From Epiperipatus broadwayi (Eukaryota; Animalia; Onychophora): a DNA stretch of 64,000 nucleotides. A program made the position numbers and the translations under genes. The DNA is taken from assembly GCA_028023455.1 (NCBI GenBank), contig JAQFVV010000002.1, positions 19,654,001 to 19,718,000 of the forward strand. The letters are read 5' to 3'. Under the pieces are notes generated by a model, which worked only from the letters and a program-made list of their open reading frames with translations, had not been told where the DNA came from and made no database searches. The first letter of the stretch is position 1. Each line of letters starts with the position of its first letter. Positions 24,721 through 37,708 of the stretch are shown piece by piece.

Positions 24721-26150
24721 AAATTTAAAATTTTCTAATGGAAATTGTCCAAAATATAATTACAACTAAAATACCATCATCATAAAATTTTAGATAACAC
24801 ATATACACACATATAATATTGACTTTTCCCTTCGTTTGTATTTGTAATTCAAATTTGCATATGCTCATTTATCTGTATTGTGCCCTCAGCATTAGGTTAG
24901 AAAGAAGAAAGAAACTACTTCGTTACACAGATGAACAAATGTATGGAAATTTGAATATATATATATATTGAATTTAATGGCAGTTGAGGCAGGTTAGAAA
25001 GTAACCGAAAGTACTTCTGCAGATTTAAAGATTGTTTGTAATTGTTTGTAAACCGTTAAAAATATTATTTTAATTATAATTACAATATATATATATATTA
25101 TAAATTCTCATGGTTCACAGAGCAATGTAATGCATTTTAAAAGTTCAAATTGAAACTTAATCCATGAATACATGAAAGCAAGTTAAAAGTATCTGAATAA
25201 GCTTTTGATTGCAAAAGGACTTTTGTAAACCTAAAATAATGGATTAAACAGTCTTATTGAAAATCTGTCTTCAAAGATTCAATTAAAGAAGCAATTTTTA
25301 CTTGTAACCTTTTAGCAATAACTTCTTAAATATCAAAGTTTTGTAATGGGTTTTTTAAAATATATTTATATATAATATTATAAATAAATATTTAAATAAG
25401 TTATTCTATCTGTATTTTGTAATTAATATATAGAGTTTATGTGCATATTTTCTTTGTTCTGTACATATTTTTATTCTATTAGCATAAAGAAAGTAATGTA
25501 GTTTGTAGCTCAAATTATATTGAACATTAAAATTTAAAAAAATATTAAATACGTTCTTTTAGGGTATCTCCCTGGATTTGAATCACTGATCATGTTTTTT
25601 TTTTAATAAAAAATTGTTTGGTTAATTAATTTGACAACCTCATATCTCTTTCGACCACATTTTTTTTATCATCTATATAACCTCAAATCTCAGTCAATTA
25701 GATAAACTCATGTCTCTATCAAATAGATAACTCCATATTTTTATAAAGTAGACAACGTCATATATCTATTACCTAAATAATCCATATTGCATACTTTATA
25801 CCAAAATATTAATGTAATATTACATTAGGGTATACAAAACTAAAAAATAAGATCTTATTTTACTCGCTATTTTTTTTAATGATATAAATTTGTTAATTTT
25901 TTTTATTTTTATTATAAGTATTAACAAAATATAAATATTATAACATCAGTACATAATATAAAAAAATGTAAAAGAATTTAAAATTCATATATGGTAATGA
26001 CAGAAGAAACTAATAGATAACTTTATCTTTCTTATTGCATTGCTAAATCCATATAATATTAATATCATCTAATTTCTTTATTACTTTTATAATGCTTCAG
26101 ATAATTACACCCCACTAATTTGTATTCAATTATTTGTATTGTGTTTGTTA

Positions 26151-26192
26151 TAGTTCTGAAGAAGATTGCTGGGACAGTCAAAACTGTTGATA
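26151..26192 (+). ncRNA. Family-E hammerhead motif, inactivated (G12A)
   Basis: CTGAAGA A GATTG-CTGGGA-CAGTC AAAA C T GTT. Confidence 0.5.
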
Positions 26193-26705
26193 GTGGGTTG
26201 TAATTATATGAAGCATTATAAAAGTAATAAAGAAAGTAAATGATAAACGAATAGATATATTGTAAAACAAGATCCCCTGCTTGTTTATTAATTTAAATGA
26301 AATTAATTTCATTATAAATATATCCAGGAAAAAATAATTTCCATATCTCTGTTGAGTTACTTTTTTATAATCTGTCTTTATAAAATATGAACATAATTTA
26401 TTGACCTCAGTCACAAAAGCTCTTCCTAATTAACATTTGTCTGGCACACCACAAGACATACATACATTGTGGAAACTACTAAATCAATTAGATTTAATGA
26501 TACAGAATTACATTTAGAAGTTTTCTTCAAAAATAAAACAAATTTATAAAAAATATGAATAAAAAAAAATCATTTTACTCAAAATTCATCAACGACCTCC
26601 TACAATATTTTATTTTATTTTTCTTTTCATTTCCTCTATACATATTTTAAGCAAATACTAAAGTAAGTTTCTACTAGATTCAGTACTTTCTCTAACAATA
26701 AGATA

Positions 26706-27070
26706 GACAAAACTCACTATACGTATTACCACACACAGCAAGCTAGAGTAATCAATAGATGCCAGAAGGCTTGTGTATAAAATTCCCATCTAGTGCCTAT
26801 TCACCCAATATCCCCAGACTAGTTTCTGGCCTGTAGCCTTCGTCAGTGAGGAGCCTTGGATCTGAGAGCTGGAGGTTTGTATTAGATCCTAAGATCTAGG
26901 TGCAGTGCTCTCAGATCCAAGGCTCCTCACTGACGAAAGCCACAAGCCAGAAACTAGTCTGCAGATATTGGCTGATTAGGCACTAGATGGGGATTTTATG
27001 CACAAGCCTTCTGGCATCCATTGTTTACTCTAGCTTGTTGTGTGTGGCAATACATATAGTGAGTTTTGCC
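26706..27070. mobile_element. Family-C full foldback element (~165-bp arms) with one hammerhead in each arm
   Basis: The arms are near-perfect inverted copies. Minus HHR at 26811-26852 reads TCCTCA CTGACGA A GGC-TACAG-GCC A GAAA CTA GTC TGGGGA, with all stems intact. The plus HHR at 26924-26965 is partly decayed. Confidence 0.9.
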
Positions 27071-27899
27071 TGTTTTAACAACAGTTATACACAAGCATAA
27101 GAGGTGGTGGTCATGTGATGTTTATTGGCTTAACAATAAGATGGCTTAACATGTAACTTAACAAGTAATTGTGTTTCTTGTAACATTTCGTAATGTTTTT
27201 TTTTTAATAAAAATAATTACTATTGTTCTGATTTTGCTGAATATCTAATCAAAATAGTTACAAAAAAATTACTCATAATATAAAAATGAAAAAAAGAATA
27301 CATGCTAATCTTTTACAAAGATTTGCATTAATTTCCTATATGTGCTACATTTTTTTTTGCCAGAAAATAGACTGGGGTAAATAGTTATACAATAACATTT
27401 GATTATCAGTCATTCTCCAAGACTTTCTTATACAATTTAATTCTAAATCATAATATTTTAAGAATTATATTGTAATTTTTTTACATTATTAATATGCAAG
27501 TACTTTTTATATATATATTGAATTAAATATAAATAACTTTGTGGGTTTAAATACATATACGAAGTTGGGTTTTAAATAAAAGAGGACCCCTTTTACTTTA
27601 ACATAAAACTCCAACAAACGAGCTATTATAGGTTAATGAGAAAACTGGTTTAACCTCAGGGATTGTCAATTAGTAGTAATTGATAATTTCTTAGTAACAT
27701 CAAAGGTTAAATGTTATCTCTATTTACCTGGATATTATCTAATTTCTATTTTTTATTATAAATATATATATATGTTGCTGTGAAAAGATGAGTGAGTTTT
27801 TTTTACCCCCACCTACTTGCAGTGCCAAATCTGAGTCAATGCATGCGTTACATAGCAACATAGCTATTCACTATAAATATTTTAAAGCACTAGTATGTC

Positions 27900-28121
27900 T
27901 AGTTTATGAAGTTAAGATGTGAAATGTGGTAGTGTGTTCTGCACCTTCATAAATTGATTTCAATGCTTCCTCCCTGTCATCACAAAATCTTGAAAATATT
28001 AAAAAACTTTCCTGCAACTCGTGGTTTCATTGCTATACATTGTTTGAATCATTTCAGACATTTCAGTAGCCACTTTGCCTAATTTAAAACAAAATTTAAT
28101 GTTAGTGCCTTATTCTGTCAT
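27900..28121 (-). pseudogene. Mariner transposase N-terminal HTH relic
   Basis: MTE*GTNIKFCFKLGKVATEMSEMIQTMYSNETTSCRKVF*, then a frameshift to FSRFCDDREE. This matches the mariner IKFCFKLGK.ATE..EM motif. Confidence 0.8.
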
Positions 28122-28817
28122 GGATTAAGTTACAAAACACACTGGCCCATTTTATACCATAACTCATGATCTAATGTCTTAAAATTTTTGCCGTCAATAG
28201 CTAACTATATTGTTATGTAATTCATGCTTTAACTAAGAGATAGTGATGCAATGATCTTATAGAGAAAACTAGTCATAGTCTTATTTTCACTGGGATACTG
28301 TATAGAAATCGGAAATAATGCTTTTTTTACAGGCATTGAGAAAAAAACTATACTAAATGCTCCTAAAATGCATTTTGGCAAATGATATTTAAATATAAAT
28401 CAGACTTTTTTTTTGTATGAACCCATTCATGGCTATCACCTTTTTAAATAAATGCACAAATGATTATTAAATATTTTTTGTTGGTAAAGAAACGATCTCA
28501 TTGTATTTATCATTAGATTGAGATTTTAAATTGTATAATGTTCAAATATATCTGAAACCTATTATCATATACCAATATTAAAAAAATATTATAGATGTAA
28601 CTGAACTATAGTAAACTTAATGTCTGTATCTATGATTAAACAAAGTTTAATAATCTCTAATCTAATAAATAATAATAAACATTTATATATTTAATGAAAG
28701 GTGATTATTTGAATTGTGTTTGTCGAAAAATAAACACACATTTCCCAAATGAATTGAAATAATATATGCATATAAATTAGTGATATAATTAGTTTATCTA
28801 AATATGTTATATGCGAG

Positions 28818-28819
<2 letters not shown>

Positions 28820-28850
<31 letters not shown>
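28820..28850. repeat. (TTA)n microsatellite
   Basis: Read directly from the sequence. Confidence 0.95.
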
Positions 28851-29869
28851 TGTGGAATGTTGCTGCCTGGATGCAATGAATAAATCCCTATTAATGTAAT
28901 ATAAAGCACAAAGCAGATCATCTAAAAATTTTCTGTAGTATTCTGACATTATTTTACAGCTTTCTGAACGATGTTGTAACTGTATCTTAATGAGCATATT
29001 TTTATTGATTTGAACCTATTATATGGATAAAGATGAGGAGAGTTTTTAAAAATGTATTTTATGGTAAATTTAATCATGGTAGAATATAATGGAGAGCTGC
29101 AATTAGTTTGTCACAGAAGAGATTAAATCACTACTGCATGTCAAACAAACAAGCTAAAAAATTGGCATATGTTATAAGTAGATTCATATATGGTTCATGG
29201 TTGTTGTTTTTTTGTCTCCTTTTTTTCTGTTGTCAGATGACCATATTTATTTTTGATACTTACATATTAGTCCAGTTCTGAGATATGTATTAATGTTGCA
29301 ATAATTTTTTAATCTTGCAATTTTGGGAAAGAATATCTATACAGAAGCCTCTGACAAACTTAATTGATCAATTAAAGATTTATTTGGAAAAATGACAACT
29401 TATAACTTTATTTATTGGAAATGAAACAAATATCTATAAACATGCATTTCTGTTTTTTTATGAAAAATTATCTTCCACTATTTAAATTTATAAAGGTTTA
29501 TTTTGAAAAATGGTCACCTATAACTTTCATAAAAACGAAACAAACATGCATTTACAGTTAATCGTTTAACAATATAAAGTTATTACAAGTGGTAACCAAA
29601 CCAAAAAAATAATATACATATATATAATTCCGTGATGGAATTATGTGAAAGTTGACCTTTCAAAGTATTAGTTGACAAAGACTACAAGGATAATTAAAAG
29701 CGCTCCTAAGTGACCTTTATATTTTTTGTTCTTTTTAACGAATTTTAATTACTGTATTTTCTAATATTTATTTATGTTTACATATATTATTTTGAATAAA
29801 TACAGACATCGATTTGTAGTATTAATATATATAACTGCATAATTTTAACCATTTACAAAATGTTGTTTC

Positions 29870-30106
29870 TTAGCAATCCTGCAGCAGACTGAAGTTTTTT
29901 TTTATCTCGAACTACATCCTGTTTCAAATGGCTACTCTTTTTCCACAGCCCTGAATGAAATAGCATCATTGCTTATCTGAACTGTGAACGTAAAATGTCA
30001 TATCATGGTTATTTATGCAGATTTTTTATGATGGCAGGATGCCATTGTTTTGAAAATAGTGGACTGCATTATCCTCAGTAACGGGAAGTTCCCAAATTTT
30101 AATCAT
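29870..30106 (-). pseudogene. Merlin/ISXO2-like (IS1016-type) transposase N-terminal relic
   Basis: MIKIWELPVTEDNAVHYFQNNGILPS*KICINNHDMTFY...KQ*C...GCGKRVAI*NRM*FE. The C-x-N-x-H-x-M ... C-x4-5-C zinc-ribbon pattern resembles eukaryotic ISXO2-like transposases (from memory, not searched). Confidence 0.5.
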
Positions 30107-31464
30107 ACAATTTTAGAAAAAAATACTATGTACATTCACTTTGGCAAGAAATAAAGCTGGACAAAAAATCTGTTCTCCAGATGATCCATTATTCATGCTA
30201 GCATTTTTTTATGACATCACAACATAGTTTAAATTGTAATTTGATGAGCAGAACCAACATTTTGACTAATTATTTTCTCCTTATTTGAATATTGTCTAAT
30301 ATTCACTTATAAAATTAATTCTTTTTTTTTTTTTTTAGAAGATTGAAAATGTATTTAATTCGGTCTTTATATACATATTTGTTTGTACCAGCAGCTTTCA
30401 TCAATACTGGACTAATACATAAGTACTCTATTTTTGAGTGGCTTTTAAATGATGATATTTATGCGAAATAAATTCACTATTCTGTTAAATAATAATAAAT
30501 ATATTCATTGAACTTATGTTTGATTTGTTAGAGACTTAATTAACATGAACTTATGAATAAGTAACTTTTGATCAAGTGATAAATGTCCTCATAAAAAAAT
30601 AAATTAAGAATAAAAATTCTAAACCATGTAAACTGTATAATGAAATAGAAATATTTGGTATATTAGAAAAAATAAATTTTTCTCATACACATAGTTTCTA
30701 TCTTATTTACATAATTTACTTTTTGTACCGTATATTTCTAAAATGCCATGTAAAACAAATGAAACAATCAATTTAACTTCATGTTAAATAATTATCCAAG
30801 AGAAGAAGCAATAAATCCATAAATTAAGGTCCTTATGTAAAGTGAATTTGTATGAAGATTTTAAAAATTGTTTAACATTTTTTTAAAAATCTAAAATAAG
30901 TGGAGCATATAATTTTATAAATTCAGTGTTATTTCTGAAGAGTAATAGTTGCCTAAAGAAAAGAATTATTAATCGAAGCAATTAACACATACGTATTGCA
31001 TGCGTATACATATATATTAAACATCATTATATAGATATAATATTAGGTACGATAAAGATTTACGATATGCAATTACCAGAACTTGAGTAATCATTGAAAA
31101 GGCTTCTATATGATTTCTCAACATTTATCTTATGCAAATATCTATATCAAAAAGATTGTATGGGAAATTGTTTGTTATAGAAACTCAATTTTTGGAATCA
31201 AATATCATGAAGAAGCCTGACATATGTTTATTATAAGAATCACTAATATGTTATTGATCTAAGAGAGATGGAATTTAATACATTAAAATCTATAATGTTT
31301 AATGCTTATTTAATCCTATTTAAAAAAAGTAATAACTATACACATGAGTTTTTAATAATATTTATTTGAAAAAATATTTACCTGTATTTCTGCTGTTAGA
31401 CTTTTTTACCTATCAATACTAATTTTTAGTTTATTTGGAAAAAAATAACATTATTATTGATATC

Positions 31465-31950
31465 TACACATCATTATTATCATTTCCAACCATTATTGAT
31501 CCAGTGTAGAATAATGCCTTCTCTCAAGCTTAATCCAGTTTCTATGATCTATAGCCTCTTTTTTGCACTCACACCAGAAAACTTCCTCATTTCACTTATT
31601 CAACTTACATATAATATCTTTTTAGGTCTTTTGGGATCCAATTTAAAGTTAACCATTCATCTATTGTATCTATTATTATCTGTTTTATCAATATGCCCGG
31701 ATCAATTCCATTTCAGGGTCTTAATTCTTTCAATGATGTTAGTATGTTATCTGTTTGTTCTTTTATCTGCATATTTTCAGTTTCTTCTTGTTATTTCTAC
31801 CATACATCTCTCTTATACTTTATTGAGTTATCTGAAGTCTCTGTTGTTATGTTTTAAATTGATTATTTTAAATAAGTCACTGATCATAGGTAAGAACTTG
31901 CAAAGCATATCTATTAAAAGCCTTTTTTTTTCAAACACTTTCATATAATA
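31465..31950 (-). mobile_element. RTE LINE 3' fragment (more diverged)
   Basis: Reverse complement contains IIERIKTLKWN*SGHI..TDNNRYN and the RTE 3' terminus ...TTCTACACTGGATCAATAATGGTTGGAAATGATAATAATGATG. Confidence 0.7.
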
Positions 31951-32519
31951 TTAAGACTTCTGTCCTTTTTTTAAGTAATCTATGTTAAACATTGAATTCT
32001 TTCTTTAAAATAAAATTGAAAAGTTTCACATTATAGGTAAAGCTAGCCTCCGATTTTTTAATATTATTAATTCAATACTTTGTATATCTTCAGAATATTA
32101 TTCAAACTACGTTTAATGATAATAATTATTATTCTTTCATTAAGAAAAAATGTCTTTTCTTAAGTTTATCCTTGAGAAATAATAAATTACTAGAATGTTA
32201 TTAGCAACTGTATATCTTTGCTGTGAGAAATTATAAAAATTCTGTTGTTTTTTTTTTCTTATCTGCATTAAATTAAAAAAAATTAAGAATTCAATTTCAA
32301 AATTTTATTAACAATTTTTATCATTTATAGATATTTAATAAATACCTTTATATATATATATATAACCCAAACTTTTCAAAGTACAATTATCTCAATGTTT
32401 ATTTAATGACCATTTCATATTCCAGAGATATTTCAAATATCTGAAAAAAACTGCTAGCCATTCAAAACTATTATTAAATATGGCATTATAAAAACTGCAT
32501 TTTGAGATTATGTGGTGTT

Positions 32520-32705
32520 TTTTTTTTATTTTGTAAAAGTTTTAATTGAAACTATGTAATAAATGTGAAAGAATTTTTAAATACCTTGGAAGGATTATAT
32601 TTTTTTGATTTATTGTTTTTTTATTTTGTAAAACATTTAATCAAAGCTATGTAATAAATGTGCAATAATTTTTAAATAGCTTGGAAGGATTATATTTGGA
32701 TTTAC
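32520..32705. repeat. Two-copy ~95-bp tandem duplication
   Basis: TTTTATTTTGTAAAA...CTATGTAATAAATGTG...TTGGAAGGATTATATTT occurs twice. Confidence 0.85.
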
Positions 32706-33149
32706 AGCTCTATTATTATTTAATTTAGGGAAAAAAAAGGATTATATAATATAATTAGAAGACATTAATTTAAAATTAATTTTTAATACAGTTTTTATTG
32801 TTCATGTTAAAATAAGCTATTATGAAACAAGTTGACTTCTATAAGTCTTAGTGTGGTAATAAAACAGCAAATTCTAGAATTGAAAGTCTCTAAATCAAAG
32901 GCCAATCTGTCATTTCTGAATGCTAGAATATTACTTGGCCTGAATGATGAACCATTCATTTATTATCTTTTGTGGTTTTAGTATAGTGATCAAACAAGAA
33001 ACTCAAGAGGTAAAATTTTTAGCTGAAAGCTTGTCTGTTATTTCTGCTGCTTGGATGGTTTATGATTTTCTGAGTGATACACTCTCTCTATATATATTTT
33101 TTATGTATTGAATATGTTGATATATGATTAGTGGATGAAACTAACAATT

Positions 33150-33680
33150 TCAGATATGATGGAATCATAACTTATAGTTCAAAACTGGAAATGTTAAGAA
33201 CTTTATTGGGAAAATTAAAGATCATACCCAAAAAAGATTGGATTTATGGTTAAATATGAAGAAATCAAATGTTATGATGACAGAATCAGAATATGATTTT
33301 AAAACAGGCAAAACTCTCCATACAGTAGTGTCACTCAGTGCAAGCCAGAGTAATCAATGGATGCTAGAAGGCTTGTGCATAAAATCCCCATACATATGAC
33401 ACTTTTATGATTGTAGATTGTTCAAAAACAAAAGCTACAGAAGTCAAGAGACCTGTTGAAATGCCTGGGAAGTAAGTCTTTGCATATAGTGACATATATT
33501 TAAAAACAAAGATCAGAATGTTCCAAGCAATGGAATTTTATATGATTTTGTTATGTGTCTTAAACTAGATGTTAAAGAATTGGAATAGGAAAGCTATTGA
33601 TGCTTTAAAACTGTGTTACTAATGAAGACTTGAAAATATCAAGAACAGAAAAATATGCAAGCAGATGTTTATTTCAATTA
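33150..33680 (+). mobile_element. Degenerate RTE/BovB-like RT C-terminal fragment, interrupted by a family-C piece (33305-33390)
   Basis: Frameshifted motifs LNMKKSNVM, KTKIRMFQA and NRKAIDA..LC are visible. Confidence 0.55.
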
Positions 33681-33992
33681 AATGTTTTTTTGTTTTAAAG
33701 TTTTTATGAACTAGTTAAAAATGTTTTATTTTATTCATTTTTTGACATAGTATATTCAATTTGTAAAAATTGTAATACTATTTATATGATAATGGGTTAT
33801 TTTGCATTACATAATAATAATATTGAAAAATAATGTTAACAAGAAAGAATCAAAAAAGGACCCAAGAGTATACAATAGTTTTTAGTTTGCATGACAAAAA
33901 TTTTTTTGAGAAAAATTTTGAATAAATTGAAAAAAAAAAGCTTGTGAAAATATGATATAAATTTGCTTTTAATAATGAAATACAATAATAAA

Positions 33993-34645
33993 GTATAGGG
34001 GTTTGAACACATAGCTTCAAGCTTCCCTCAGCAATCCACTCTATCTCATACCACCAATAAATATAACCACACACATATAAAAAAAAGATAAATGATCACT
34101 TAATATATATATTTTGTGAACCAGCACTCATTGGTTGGTCCACATCATCATCTCCCACTCACATATATATAATCAGTGCTTGATTTATGTTAAAATAGCA
34201 ATTTTTCAAACTTTAGTGAACAGGCTTCAATATACTCTTCAACTTTTCAGCCATCAATACCATTGAAAATCTGATGATGGAATGCCCAAATCCCATGCTG
34301 ATGCCAATATTATTTGCTTGCCCATGTTGACCCCCAAATCACTCTGACTTCTTGGGCATTCCATCATCAGATTTTCAATGGTATAAATGGCTGAAGAGTT
34401 GGAGGGTGGAATAGATTGAAGCCTGTCCATTAAAGTTTAAAATTTTGCTATCTTAATATATAAGCATTGATTATATATATGTGTGGGAGATGATGATCTA
34501 AACTAAGTGATGATTGCTGGTTCAGCACAAAATATATATCTTGATGATCATTTTTTTTTCATGTGTGTGGTCATGTGTATTGGTAACATGAGATAGAGTG
34601 CATAGCTGAAGGAAGCTTGAAAATCTGTGTCCAACTCTTCTATAA
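33993..34645. repeat. Family-B foldback element (~290-bp arms, ~50-bp spacer)
   Basis: The left arm (...CAGGCTTCAAT...AAAATCTGATGATGGAATGCCCAA) is the inverse of the right arm (TTGGGCATTCCATCATCAGATTTTC...TTGAAGCCTG...). Confidence 0.85.
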
Positions 34646-34751
34646 TTACAATTAAACTCCAGTTATATGAAGTATGCCTGCATTTCAAATATTACTAATA
34701 AAGTATGTAAATAATCAATTTATTCAGAATACTGAAGGTTTATTATAGTAA

Positions 34752-35400
34752 ATAGAGGGATTTGAACTCAGGATTTTCACTGTATTCATCCTCCACTCCA
34801 TCTCAAACAATCAATATACATATTTTGTGCAGAATCAGCACTCATAAGTTGGTTCAGATCATAATCTCCACACATATAATCAGTGGTCTTATATTAAGAT
34901 AACAATTTCTTAGACTTTAATGGACAGACTTCAATCTTCTTATCCTTTCAGCCATCTAACTGTCCATTTTATTGAAAAACCAATGATGAAACATTCAAAC
35001 CACTTGGAGGATTTGATATTGATGTAATGTCTCTATGGGTATAATTATAATATAAAATCCAATAAGGGGCTTTGAGTGTTATATCACGAGTTTTTTTTAG
35101 TGAAATGGACAATTGACATACTGGAAGGGTGAGATGATTGAAGCTTGGGATTGAGTGTTACATCATTGTTTTTGTAGTGAAATGGATTTACTGAAAAATG
35201 AGATGATTGAAGCCTGTCCATTAAAGTTTAAGGATTTGCTTTTTTAATATGTGTATGGGAGATTATGGCTGTCTGGTTCTGCATGAAATATGTATAGGGA
35301 TCATTTAGCATTTTCACTTATGTGTGATTATGTGTATTGGTAGTTTGAGATGCAATGGAGGATTAATATAGACTGAAACTTCTAAGTTCAAATTCTTTTA
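34752..35400. repeat. Second family-B foldback, adjacent and more diverged
   Basis: GGGATTTGAACTCAG... left arm pairs with ...TAAGTTCAAATTC right arm. Both arms share the GAAGCCTGTCCATTAAAG motif. Confidence 0.75.
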
Positions 35401-36135
35401 TTTACTAATAAAGTATATTTTTATTGCTGGGACAAAACTGAATGCAGAAATCATACAGCTGGTCAGCGCTTTTAAAGATTTGGAAACTCATTTTAAGTGA
35501 TATCAAAATTACTGAAAAAATATTTGAATAAAATGGTCTCAAAAAAATTTGTGAAAACAATATTATTTAATAATCTATTGTCTCAAATATCCTGTATGAG
35601 AAGAATTTCTTATAAATTCTAATAAATGAAATTCTTATGATTTTTAATGAGCCTACAAATAATTTTAGGCTCATGAGATAGTAGTAATTTTGTAGTCTAA
35701 TGTCTCAAATATACTGTATGAAAAAAGAGTTAAAATTTTATAGACAAATTTAGATTAATAATTTTTTATAAATTCTGATAAATGAAATTTTAATGATTTT
35801 TTAACTAGCAGTTAATTAATTTTACATATAAATCCATTTATGGATAAATCTGAATACATTACTAAGATAAACCTAAAAAATCATTTATATCATGAATCAC
35901 CAATATGGTCTTTATCATCCACTAATGGGCATTTAAAACTTTCAGATAGGTAGTGAGTTTTTGCTAGATGTTAACAGAAAAACCATAGATTACTGTAGAT
36001 GTGCAACAGATATTTAAATATTTTTGCAGCATGTCTTAAATAAACTAATTAATATTTTCAAGTTCAAAATAAATATATTTTATTTTTTCAAATTGATTTA
36101 AATTTGTCTGAAGGTTTGTGATGATGGTATATTAT

Positions 36136-36324
36136 AAGATGTGATATGTTGGACTATTTCCATCATCTATGAGTGAATGTTGAATGTATAGAAAATGTGA
36201 TATCTATTTATGTGTTATTAGTAACAAGTTGTTTATATTTGGAAAGTTTAAATAAAGTTTAACATTTTCTATACATTCAACATTCACTCATAGATGATGG
36301 AAATAGCCCAACATATCACATCTT
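36136..36324. repeat. Foldback with 65-bp near-perfect arms around a family-F segment
   Basis: AAGATGTGATATGTTGGACTATTTCCATCATCTATGAGTGAATGTTGAATGTATAGAAAATGT and its inverse. Confidence 0.85.
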
Positions 36325-36680
36325 GATTTAAATTTGTATTGGAAATGCTTTTTTGTGTAATTATTTCCATAAGCAATAAATTGGGTATTGACTTTTGATT
36401 TATTATATAATAATACATTTAGCATTGATACCTGAAAAAGCTGAAAGTTTTTATTAGTAGCAAATTTAAATCATTGCTAATAGAAATTTTCAGCCTTTTC
36501 AAAGTATCAATGCTTGATTTATTATTATATAACAAATCAAACATCAGATAAAAATGACAATCTTTTATCAGATACAGTAGATTGGCATTGATATAAAAAA
36601 ATGGGTATTATTTGCAAGTTAAGTTAATAATATATTTAGACTTGTTTGCTCCTGAATTGATTGCATTCTAATGTATATAT

Positions 36681-37708
36681 ATTGTAATACATTAAAGATC
36701 AGCCTGTCAAGCTATTGTGCATGTGCTTTTTACAAGTGTTAATAATAAATGAATATTTTGACTCCCAACACAAGATTTAGTATTTAGGAAAGAATAAAAT
36801 GAATCCACTTATTCTATCCAACCCAAATGCTTATATATAGGCAAATCTTAAGTACTGGAAGTGAAAGCATGAGGATAGACCACTCACCTTTAAATTACTG
36901 TTTACGATGTCTGAATGAATGACGCCGATGAAATTATCTAGAATTTACTAAACGTCATTCTCAAATGAAACTTAAACATATGTAAATAAGCATTTATTTT
37001 ATATAGCGCATGTTTATAAATTGTAATACATTAAAGATCAGCCTGTCAAGCTATTGTGCATGCGCTTTTTACGAGTGTTAATAATAAATGAATACTATGA
37101 CTCCCAACACAAGATATAGTATTTAGGAAAGAATAAAATGAATCCATTTATTCTATCCAACCCAAATGCTTATATATGGGCAAATCTTAAGTACTGGAAG
37201 TGAAAGCATGAAGATAGACCACTCACTTTTAAATTACTGTTTACGATGTCTGAATGAATGATGCTGACGAAATTATCTAGAATTTACTAAACGTCATTCT
37301 CAAATGAAATGAATGAATGACGCTGACAAAATTATCTAGAATTTACTAAATGTCATTCTCAAATGAAACTTAAACATTTAAGTTTCATTTGAGAATGACG
37401 TTTAGTAAATTCTAGATAATTTCGTCAGCGTCATTCATTCAGACATCGTAAACAGTAATTTAAAAGTGAGTGGTCTATCCTCACGCTTTCACTTCCAGTA
37501 CTTAAGATTTGCCCATATATAAGCATTTGGGTTGGATAGAATAAGTGGATTCATTTTATTCTTTCCTAAATACTATATCTTGTGTTGGGAGTCAAAGTAT
37601 TCATTTATTATTAACACTTGTAAAAAGCACATGCACAATAGCTTGACAGGCTGATCTTTAATGTATTACAATTTATAAACATGCGCTATATAAAATAAAT
37701 GCTTATTT
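36681..37708. mobile_element. Recent direct+inverted triplication (A-A-inverted A, ~340-bp unit); probable PLE 3' end/pLTR relic
   Basis: Units lie at 36681-37019, 37020-37377 (with an internal ~60-bp duplication) and inverted 37379-37708, all nearly identical. The unit has frameshifted GIY-YIG-C-terminus-like text (SACQAIVH..ESIY / ILSNPNAY) and a CTGACGA three-way-junction motif. Confidence 0.7.

Noticed and set aside
34268-34300. CTGATGA-TG-GAAT in family-B arms, and GGCTGAAGA...TTGAAGCCTGTC on the other strand, as hammerheads
   Set aside because: There is no GAAA (GAAT/GAAG instead), no stem II, and no consistent NUH plus stem I register.
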